A stretch of 64,000 nucleotides of DNA from Candidatus Latescibacterota bacterium (lineage in GTDB: Bacteria; Latescibacterota; UBA2968; UBA8231), in assembly GCA_965261395.1 (NCBI GenBank), contig OZ253462.1, forward strand, positions 640,001 through 704,000, given 5' to 3'. Under the pieces are notes generated by a model, which was given only the letters and a program-made list of their open reading frames with translations, had not been told where the DNA came from and did no database searches. A program made the position numbers and the translations under genes. How positions within the stretch are numbered: the stretch's first letter is position 1; the number at the start of each line of letters is the position of its first letter. This document shows, in pieces, positions 18,697 through 26,650 of the stretch.

Positions 18697-19818
18697 AGGC
18701 GACCCTTGTACGCTGAATATCTAGCTTTCCAATCATATGCTTTTTTATTCGACGATCCCAGTATCGGCTAAGTCCCAAAGGAGACGCTCACATGAAAACG
18801 CTGAGAATCTTAACTCTCATCCTGCTTGGACTTGCTTTTGCTAGACCTATCGAAGCGACTAGCATCGATCGGGCCAACATGTTGAAAAAGCATGGATTGC
18901 TTGAAGATGCTAAACGGCAGTTTATCGACATCCTGTATGGTGACTCTAACGAAGAGGACAAGGCCACCGCATTGTACAATCTCGGGGTTATGGCTTTCAA
19001 CGAGAAGGATATGGCCTTAGCTACCGACATGTGGAAACTGCTTGTTGACCAGTTTCCTAATTCAGAGGAGGCCAGACGAGTTGCCGCAGGGATGGATTAC
19101 TTGGTAGCTGATGCCGTAGCACTGACCAATGAAATCGTCGAAAACGAAATCGCTAGATCGTACCTCCTTAACGGGGATTTCTGGTCAAACGACATCAAGA
19201 ATCACCGCTGGGTCATCGACAGTAGCTGGTTGGATGAAGCGGGATTGGCTGTTGAGTGGTACGACAAGGTGATAAAAGAATTCTCTAGGACTCCTGCGGC
19301 TAAGTTGGCATACTTGGAGAAGTTCAAGACTGTAATGGCTTCAGAGGACCAGATCGCAAAGTTGGTCTCAATCTACAAAAATTTCTCGAAGGATTTTCCC
19401 GATGATATACACATCCCAGTCTTGGAATTTCAGATTGCCCAAAAGTATTGGGCGTTGGATATAGACTACTACAATCAACTAAAAAATGCTGTTTCAGACG
19501 GCGACACCACATGGATCGAGTTTGACCATCTCTTCGTGAGCACTAGGAAGTGGTTGGAGACTGTTGTCCACAACAGTAAAGGGGTTTATAAACAAACTGC
19601 TCAAGAACGACTCAAAGAAATCGATCTCAAAAAATCGCAGTTGCAGAAAGAGCGACTCGAAGAAATCGAATTGCAGCAGTTAGCAGTTCGGACACAGTCT
19701 AGGCTAGATAAATTTAGGAAGGATGGGTATAGGTTCCCCACAGATGCAAAAGATATTCCCCACTTTGCTGTAGAATGGCAGCAAGACGGTTTAGTCCGGA
19801 GTACTTCATATTACTTTA

Positions 19819-20750
19819 GAAGCCGTCTGAAAACCCTTGCTGTAGCCGGTATTTGAATCGGCGTACTCATCGAGCCATATTCAGGTTTCGCGACAAAATC
19901 TGAACAGAAAGGCTCGTATGATGAGTACGCCTAGTAGGCAATATGCCACCGATGTAACCGATGTGCAATGGCGTCGGATCGAACCGTTGCTGCCGGCTTC
20001 GACATGGCAGCCGAACGGTCCGGGTCGGCCACCGCGGGATCGACGCCAGATCGTCAACGGCCTTTTGTATCTGACCAAGACCGGTTGTCCTTGGGCTTTG
20101 TTGCCTTCTTGTTTTGGACCGTGGAAAACGGTGTATGATTACTTTCGTCGCTGGAGTCTACAAGGGGTCTGGCCGCAGGTATTGGATCGACTCACCCAGC
20201 GGGAACGCCGCCTCAACGGACGGGCTCCAACGCCGTCGGCTGGCGTAGTCGATAGTCAGACGATCAAGACGGCAACCCATGGTAAAACAACCGGTTATGA
20301 CGCCGGAAAAAAGGTCAAGGGGCGCAAGCGTCATCTGTTGGTCGACACCTCGGGCTTGCTTAGACAGGTGGTGGTCACCGCCGCCGATGTAGAGGATCGG
20401 GACGGCCTCAAGCAGGTGTTGACCCGCTTGGGGGCCTCCGGCGTAGCCCGGTTACGCAAACTGTGGGGCGATGGCGGCTATCGAGGCGATCCGATCCGAA
20501 CGTGGGTGGCTAACGTAAAAAAGACGCACAAAATAGACTTGGAAGTCGTCGCCAAACAAGGCCCCGGCTTTGAGGTGTTACCACGCCGTTGGGTCGTCGA
20601 GCGCACGTTTGCGTGGTTGATGAATTTTCGCCGACATGCCCGAGATTATGAGGTGTTGACCCACCATAGCGAAGCCTTGATCCAGATTGCTATGATCCAC
20701 TTGCTGCTCAAACGGATCAAATAGAAAAAATATAGTTTTCAGACGGCTTC
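19819..20750 (+). mobile_element. Complete IS5-family insertion sequence (932 bp)
   Basis: Perfect 16-bp terminal IRs GAAGCCGTCTGAAAAC (19819-19834) and GTTTTCAGACGGCTTC (20735-20750); TTA direct repeats at 19816-19818 and 20751-20753. Confidence 0.95.
19918..20724 (+). CDS. IS5 family DDE transposase (IS1031-like)
   Basis: TGCPWALLP, VDSQTIK, GKKVKGRKRH..VDT.G, DGGY, RRWVVERTFAW. Confidence 0.95.
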   Translation: MMSTPSRQYATDVTDVQWRRIEPLLPASTWQPNGPGRPPRDRRQIVNGLLYLTKTGCPWALLPSCFGPWKTVYDYFRRWSLQGVWPQVLDRLTQRERRLNGRAPTPSAGVVDSQTIKTATHGKTTGYDAGKKVKGRKRHLLVDTSGLLRQVVVTAADVEDRDGLKQVLTRLGASGVARLRKLWGDGGYRGDPIRTWVANVKKTHKIDLEVVAKQGPGFEVLPRRWVVERTFAWLMNFRRHARDYEVLTHHSEALIQIAMIHLLLKRIK

Positions 20751-20928
20751 TTACCGTCAACGACAGCATCTTTGCTCTCCGTGGCGGGGGTATTGCCATT
20801 AAGCGTCCTATTGAGGAGTTCGACAACTACCAAGGAACGGGAGTGAAATTCATAAAGGAACTGATTAAAAAAGAAAAGTAATATTAATCTTCCTCATACC
20901 CTATTCCCTTTGAAATTCGTCAAGGTGA

Positions 20929-20990
20929 AGACTGGCCAAAACCGACCCGATAGACGCGAGCGTATTAGTCGAATTTGGTCGCGCTGTTGC
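20929..20990 (+). pseudogene. Short IS110-family transposase scrap
   Basis: RLAKTDPIDASVLVEFGRAV matches the KTDxxDA motif of the IS110 DEDD domain. Confidence 0.55.
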
Positions 20991-21011
20991 GCTAAATAAC
21001 GAGGAGATCCC

Positions 21012-22172
21012 ATGAAAATCAGCGACATCAAAGCCTATCCAACTTGGGTCGGTCACCGCAATCAGCTCATCGTCAAGGTCGAGACCGACGAAGGCATCCA
21101 CGGCTGGGGTGAGTCGGGGCTATCGGGGCGCGAGCTGGCCGTCGTGGGCGCGGTGCGGCACTACCGGGAGTTTTTGCTCGGTCGCGACCCGCGCGAAATC
21201 GGGCGGCTCTGGCAGGAGATGTACCGCGGCCAGTACTTTGAAGGCGGGCGAGTGTTGACCGCGGCGATTTCGGCGATCGACATCGCCTTGCACGACGTGG
21301 TAGGCAAGGCTCTCGGTGTGCCGGTCTATCAGCTTTTGGGCGGCAAGCAGCGCGAGTGGGTGCCCTGCTTTGCGACGACCGGGGCACCGGATCTAGAGAC
21401 CTTGGTCAAAAACTGCAAACTGCTATTGGACAAAGGCTGGGACGTGATTCGCACGGGAATGGCCCAGCGCAAACAGTACGACGACGAGCGGCTGTTCGAG
21501 CCGCGCGATACCATCGGCCTCACCGCGGCTTGGCTGACTGAAGTGCGTCAAGAAATTGGTCCCGACCCGACTTTGGGCATCGACTACCACCATCGGCTGA
21601 CGGTCGCCGAGAGCGCGTCGTTTTGCCAGAAGATGCCGCCGGGGACGCTCGACTTCCTCGAAGAACCCATCCGCGACGAGTGCCCAGAAGCCTACGAGTC
21701 GCTTCGCACCATGACAGACGTGCCCTTTGCCATCGGCGAGGAATTTGCCAGCAAGTGGCAGTTTTTGCCCTATCTCGAACGGGGCCTCACGCAATTTGCG
21801 CGGATCGACGTGTGCAATGTCGGCGGGCTGACCGAATCGATGAAGGTGGCGAGCTTGGCGGAGTCGCACTACATCGACCTGATGCCACACAATCCGCTGG
21901 GGCCGATCTGCACCGCCGCGACGGTGCATCTAGCGGCGGCAGTGCCCAACTTCTCGTGGCTTGAGCACCGCGTGACGCCGACGGAAGCAGGGAAGTTCAT
22001 GGACGAGGAATTGTTTCCGATGCAGTGCGAATTGGTGGGGTCGATGTTGAAGGTGCCCGAGGGGCCGGGGCTGGGCGTGGAGTTCAACGAAGAGCTAGCT
22101 AAGGAGCAGGAGTTCAAATTTTGGGAAGCACCGCACTTGCGGCGGCGGGATGGGTCCCATACGAACTGGTAG
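21012..22172 (+). CDS. Enolase-superfamily acid-sugar dehydratase (DgoD/RspA-like)
   Basis: VKVETDEGIHGWGE, ISAIDIALHD, DYHHR, EEP, GEE, PHNP. Confidence 0.9.
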   Translation: MKISDIKAYPTWVGHRNQLIVKVETDEGIHGWGESGLSGRELAVVGAVRHYREFLLGRDPREIGRLWQEMYRGQYFEGGRVLTAAISAIDIALHDVVGKALGVPVYQLLGGKQREWVPCFATTGAPDLETLVKNCKLLLDKGWDVIRTGMAQRKQYDDERLFEPRDTIGLTAAWLTEVRQEIGPDPTLGIDYHHRLTVAESASFCQKMPPGTLDFLEEPIRDECPEAYESLRTMTDVPFAIGEEFASKWQFLPYLERGLTQFARIDVCNVGGLTESMKVASLAESHYIDLMPHNPLGPICTAATVHLAAAVPNFSWLEHRVTPTEAGKFMDEELFPMQCELVGSMLKVPEGPGLGVEFNEELAKEQEFKFWEAPHLRRRDGSHTNW

Positions 22173-22207
22173 TGGCTGCTATTCCGTGCCTTGATACGAT
22201 TTCCCGA

Positions 22208-22855
22208 TTAAGCACTAAGCAGTCGAGGCAACGCTGAAATGTCATCGATAACCGCAATTTTGGCGACTTCATTGAATTCACGTTTGCTTGTAGTGCCTGA
22301 TAGTACCGCAATAAAGGGCACCTTAGCCCGCTCGGCCGTTAACGCGTCAATCGTACTGTCGCCAACGTAAAGTGTTTCATTAGCATCCATTTGCATTCTA
22401 GAGATAGTGGTTGTTAACGCGCTGGGATGTGGTTTGTGTTCGGCAACATCTTCTCCGCCGATGATGACGCGAAAGCGATTGGATAGCCCTTCTCTTGCTA
22501 GGATCTCCTCAATTCTATAGCGAAATTTCGTTGACGCGATTCCCAATGCAAAACCCATTTCGATCAACTGCTCAGTTGTCGCGGAGACGCTATCAAACAT
22601 GGACGTTAAGTCCGCCATAACCTGATCAGCTCGTTTAACAAAGTTGCTTACGAACAAACTGACGTTCTGATTGTTTGTTTGCCCAGTCAGACTTAGAAAG
22701 GTGTCCTCTAGGGACATACCGATAGTTCGCTTGATTCGCTCGTCATCGGCTTGGGGCAGATTCAGCTTCTCCAGCGCAAAATTAACACATTCAATGGTGC
22801 CTTTTGTCGAGTCCGCTAGTGTAAGGTCAAAGTCAAAAATGATCGCCTGAGCCAT
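22208..22855 (-). CDS. HAD hydrolase (phosphoglycolate phosphatase-like)
   Basis: FDFDLTLADS, KPHP, YVGDS..D; visibly AT-richer than its neighbours. Confidence 0.9.
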   Translation of the reverse strand: MAQAIIFDFDLTLADSTKGTIECVNFALEKLNLPQADDERIKRTIGMSLEDTFLSLTGQTNNQNVSLFVSNFVKRADQVMADLTSMFDSVSATTEQLIEMGFALGIASTKFRYRIEEILAREGLSNRFRVIIGGEDVAEHKPHPSALTTTISRMQMDANETLYVGDSTIDALTAERAKVPFIAVLSGTTSKREFNEVAKIAVIDDISALPRLLSA

Positions 22856-22929
22856 AGCTTTTAGTGCGAACCCTTCCCTCAATATGGTGCGATGAGCCTG
22901 ACACTTCTTGACCGGCGCTAGACATCAAT

Positions 22930-22977
22930 CGGCAGGGCGTACAACGCGGCCCAACAGCAGCGTTGCACGCCCTGCCG
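22930..22977 (-). terminator. 18-bp stem-loop just downstream of the lactonase gene
   Basis: CGGCAGGGCGTGCAACGC...GCGTTGTACGCCCTGCCG on the minus strand; the single mismatch is a G-U pair only on that strand; no U-tract. Confidence 0.55.
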
Positions 22978-22985
22978 TCTATTCC

Positions 22986-24143
22986 TTAAAAAACCGGAAT
23001 GAATTTGTGACACACGGGAGAGGCGACTTCGGCCTTGTGGCCGGTAGGCGTGAGTTTGCCGGTGTCTGGATCGACGCGGAAGGTGAAGATGTCGTTGGTA
23101 CTGTGGTTGCCAGCGATTAGGTAGGTACCCGTGGGGTCGAGGCCGAAGTTGCGCGGGTTGGAGCCGCCGGTCAGCGCGATCTCGACGAGCGCAAGCTGGC
23201 CGTTGTCTTGGTCAATCGCATAGACGGCAATGGAATCATGGCCTCGGTTGGAGCCGTAGAGGAAGCGGCCGTTGGGATGAACGTGGATGTCGGCGGTGTG
23301 GCTGACCCCGGCATATCCATCGGGCAGCGTCGAAATAGTCTGGATGGTGGTGAGCGTGCCAGCGTCGGCGTCGTAGTCGAAAGCCGTGATGGTGTTGCTT
23401 AGTTCGTTGATGACGTAAGCGCGTTGGCCGTCGGGGTGGAAGGCGAGGTGGCGCGGGCCGCTGCCGGGAGCGATTTCCGCGGGCGTCTGCGCGCTGAGCG
23501 TCCCCTGGTCGTGGTCAATGGCGTAGATGAGCACCTTGTCGATGCCCAAGTCTGGGGCAAAGGCGTGTTTGTTGTTGGGGGCGACCATAATCGAGTGGGC
23601 GTGTGGCCCCTCCTGGCGTCTTGGGTTAACCGAAGAACCCTCGTGTTGGACGAAATCCGTGGCCGCACCGAGCGAGCCATCTTCCCGAATCGGCAGGATT
23701 GCGACACTGCCGCCGCCGTAGTTGGCGGCCAGCGCGTACTGGCCGGCGCGGTCAACGCTGATGTGGCAAGGACCAGTACCAACGGTCGATTCGGTGTTGA
23801 TATGGGTGAGGGCTCCGCTCTGCTGGTCAATGGCAAAGGCCGCGACCGCGCCGCCGGGCCGATCGCCGACCGCGCTAACCTCGCCGATGGCGTAGAGAAA
23901 GCGGCGGTTGGGAGCAATGTCGAGGAAGGAAGGGTTGTCAATGCCCCCAATGCTGCTTTGATGCGCGAGCGCACCGGTGGCCATGTCGAGGCGATAGACG
24001 TGAATGCCGTCCTCGTCGCCGCTGGAATAGGTGCCGACATAGACGAGATAGTCACTCATAGTGGAACTCCTTTGGGTTGTTGGGTTGTGATTGGCGCAAG
24101 AGAGAAGAAGAAGAGAGATAAAACCGCATAAAAGAGCATTCAT
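22986..24143 (-). CDS. pgl: Lactonase family beta-propeller (6-phosphogluconolactonase Pgl-like); alternative start at 24059
   Basis: YVGTY, ANYGGG, PHAH, GSGPRHL, SNRGHDSI, PRNF. Confidence 0.88.
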   Translation of the reverse strand: MNALLCGFISLLLLSCANHNPTTQRSSTMSDYLVYVGTYSSGDEDGIHVYRLDMATGALAHQSSIGGIDNPSFLDIAPNRRFLYAIGEVSAVGDRPGGAVAAFAIDQQSGALTHINTESTVGTGPCHISVDRAGQYALAANYGGGSVAILPIREDGSLGAATDFVQHEGSSVNPRRQEGPHAHSIMVAPNNKHAFAPDLGIDKVLIYAIDHDQGTLSAQTPAEIAPGSGPRHLAFHPDGQRAYVINELSNTITAFDYDADAGTLTTIQTISTLPDGYAGVSHTADIHVHPNGRFLYGSNRGHDSIAVYAIDQDNGQLALVEIALTGGSNPRNFGLDPTGTYLIAGNHSTNDIFTFRVDPDTGKLTPTGHKAEVASPVCHKFIPVF

Positions 24144-24291
24144 AATTTATATCCCCAAGGGTGTAATAGGTACCCATCCGCCGGACCGAAACAAGTAGGG
24201 GCGTCCCTTGTGGACTCCCTATCCTAGATAGACGCTATCTCCTAAGCCCTGAATACGTCGCTAATACTTAGGTGTAGGGGGAGATCGCTAT

Positions 24292-26637
24292 CTAATAGAC
24301 AACCGAGATCGCACCCGCGTGCGTCCCCGGCCCCGACTCGGCTCCCAGATCGAGGCGATAGAGATAAATGCCCGGCGCGACCAAGGCCCCCGCCTCGTCG
24401 CGAGCCGTCCAAGTGAAGTGGTGCCCCGTTGCGGTCGGCGTAGCCCCGACCTCGGCGACTTGGCGGCCCGCTAGGTCGTAGAGCGCGAGCATGGGAGTCG
24501 CCGCGTCTAGCTTGAAGACCACAAAGCGCATGTCGAGCGCGTCGTTGATCCCGTCGCCGTTGGGCGTGATCACGGGCGAGGCGAGTTCTAACGCATCGAT
24601 GAGTTGGCCATGCTCGGCTAGTTCGGGGAGCATGACGACCTGAGAGCGGCGCTCGGCTGGCTCGACCGACTGCCAGAGGCCGGGCCGCTCGCTCAGCCCG
24701 AGATCGAGGGGGAAAACCGTGGCGTTGTGCAAAACCCGCGTCGTGAAGCCCACCCGAATCGAATCCTCGGTCACAATGCGCGGCAGGGCGACCAACAGCG
24801 AGTCGCCCCGCTGCTCGACGCGGGCGGGCGCGACCGGCGCGGAGCCGATGTGCAGTTCGAGATCCTCGGCGTCAACCCGACCCGGCACAATAAAGCGCAA
24901 CAGGTCAAAACCCGAGTCCTCAGCCTCCATCTGCGGCCAAAGCGTATAGGTGAAACGGGTGTCCTCGTTGGGGATGGTTTGGCGCGGCTCAATGCGGCCT
25001 ACCGCGCCCTGCAACAGCGCGTCCTCAAACTCGACCGAGAGCGAATGGACTACCGGCGCCACGCTTGGGTCATCGGTGGAGAGGATCATCTCCAGCAGGA
25101 TAAAGCGGCGCGGGCTTTCCGACTGGAATGCCTCGCCCGAGAACTGATAGACGTTGCTCCACTCGCCCCAATCCTCGCCTACCACGAGGGTCGTATCGAC
25201 CGGGCCGCGCAGCACCTTGGGCGAGCTTTTCCACTTCTCCTCGGTGACCTGTTCGCCAATCTTGTTGTAAAACGTATAGACCGGCTCTAGCGAATTGCCC
25301 GAGCGCGAGCGCAGTTGCAAGCGGGTACCCGCGGCCTGTTCGGCGTTCCAAGAGAGGTGTTTGATGACTTTCGGACGGCCATCGCCCGCAATTTGGCCCA
25401 AGTCCACGAAGTCCGACTGCAAGGCGACTTCGGCGGGATAACCTGGAGAGAACAGCATGAACTCGGCCCATTTGACGATGCCCCAACCGGTGTCCCTGAT
25501 GCCGTGCCACAAGAAGTAGCGCATCTTGCGCGGCTTGAACATATAGCGAATGTAGAGCAGGCGGTCGGCGTTGGGGTTGATGTGGGTTAGGAGCTCTGTA
25601 TAGTCAAACGCATCGGGGACGGGCAGGTTGGAACTGAGGCTGCGGGTGCCGTCTGAATAGAGCACTGTATGACCCGGGCCGGTGCCATTGATCGAGAAGC
25701 CCACCAAGCCCTCGTCGGACCTAAAGGAATAGAGAAAGAATTCATCGACGAAGAACACCGCCCCCAAATCCACTCCGAACCACACCCCACCCTCCTTCCA
25801 GCCGAGGCTGCCATACGAAGAGCCGATCAGGTTGTTGGTGTTCATGTCGGCGTCGAAGAGATTTTGCGGATCGACCGAATTGACCCCGTTGACAAAGCGA
25901 CCCCGCTGCATGGTGCCAATGCTGATGTTGTCGCCGATGCCGCGGACCTCGATCTCGGCCAAGGCCGCGCCCGGGATTTTCTCTTCAGCCTCAATGCGGA
26001 TGCGCTGGATCACTCGATAGTTGTTCTTGGCCACCGGGTCAATGTTCAAACCCTCGTCGAGCTGCAACACAGTGTCGCGGGCGGCGAACCCGAGGGGGAT
26101 GACGATTTCGCTGGCCGAGTTGGGCTGGGTTGTGCGGAAGAGCGGATCCAGCAGCACCAAGTCGTCTTGGACTGAGATGCGGGTCCCCGGGCTGCCGTAC
26201 ACGGTAAACTGGCGGAAGGGACGCGCGCCCTCCTCGTCGGCAAAAACGAGGCGTATCTCCCGGGCCAGCACGGCTCGGCCCAAGTCTATTTCAATGGCCC
26301 AGTCCTCGACGGCGTCCGCCGGGTCTGGACGCCAGAAGGTCTGGAGATCCCCATCGATGATGTGGTCTGCATCGGCTGGATTGGAGGTCGCCTCCCAGAT
26401 GCCGCCCGCAACTCGCCCGCGACTCTTGCTCTCGTAGGAGAAGCGATGGGCATTAGCAACCGCGTTGATGTCCTTGCGGAACTTGACGAGCTGTAGCTGG
26501 CCGTTCTCGCCCACTTCGGTCAGGCCGAAGGGCACCTGCCAAGTCGCCCAAGCATCTCGTCCTTGGAAGGTCAGAGTTTCGCTGCCAGCGGCCATGGCGA
26601 CCAACGCGACTAAGACGAGTGGCAAAAGAAATCGCAT
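24292..26637 (-). CDS. Large secreted protein with discoidin-like modules and a C-terminal FlgD-Ig/CHU_C-like domain
   Basis: Signal peptide; IIDGDLQTFW...IEIDLG; C-terminal ITPNGDGIND...LYDLAGRQV...WTARDEAGALVAPGIYLY. Confidence 0.75.
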   Translation of the reverse strand: MRFLLPLVLVALVAMAAGSETLTFQGRDAWATWQVPFGLTEVGENGQLQLVKFRKDINAVANAHRFSYESKSRGRVAGGIWEATSNPADADHIIDGDLQTFWRPDPADAVEDWAIEIDLGRAVLAREIRLVFADEEGARPFRQFTVYGSPGTRISVQDDLVLLDPLFRTTQPNSASEIVIPLGFAARDTVLQLDEGLNIDPVAKNNYRVIQRIRIEAEEKIPGAALAEIEVRGIGDNISIGTMQRGRFVNGVNSVDPQNLFDADMNTNNLIGSSYGSLGWKEGGVWFGVDLGAVFFVDEFFLYSFRSDEGLVGFSINGTGPGHTVLYSDGTRSLSSNLPVPDAFDYTELLTHINPNADRLLYIRYMFKPRKMRYFLWHGIRDTGWGIVKWAEFMLFSPGYPAEVALQSDFVDLGQIAGDGRPKVIKHLSWNAEQAAGTRLQLRSRSGNSLEPVYTFYNKIGEQVTEEKWKSSPKVLRGPVDTTLVVGEDWGEWSNVYQFSGEAFQSESPRRFILLEMILSTDDPSVAPVVHSLSVEFEDALLQGAVGRIEPRQTIPNEDTRFTYTLWPQMEAEDSGFDLLRFIVPGRVDAEDLELHIGSAPVAPARVEQRGDSLLVALPRIVTEDSIRVGFTTRVLHNATVFPLDLGLSERPGLWQSVEPAERRSQVVMLPELAEHGQLIDALELASPVITPNGDGINDALDMRFVVFKLDAATPMLALYDLAGRQVAEVGATPTATGHHFTWTARDEAGALVAPGIYLYRLDLGAESGPGTHAGAISVVY

Positions 26638-26650
26638 CGTTCCCACTCCC

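Larger units (their letters stand above)
18792..20881 (+). pseudogene. Secreted TPR-repeat protein interrupted by an IS5 element
   Basis: Signal peptide, ALYNLG TPR, QFPNSEEA; removing the IS and one TTA restores the frame to TAA 20879-20881 (384 aa). Confidence 0.8.
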
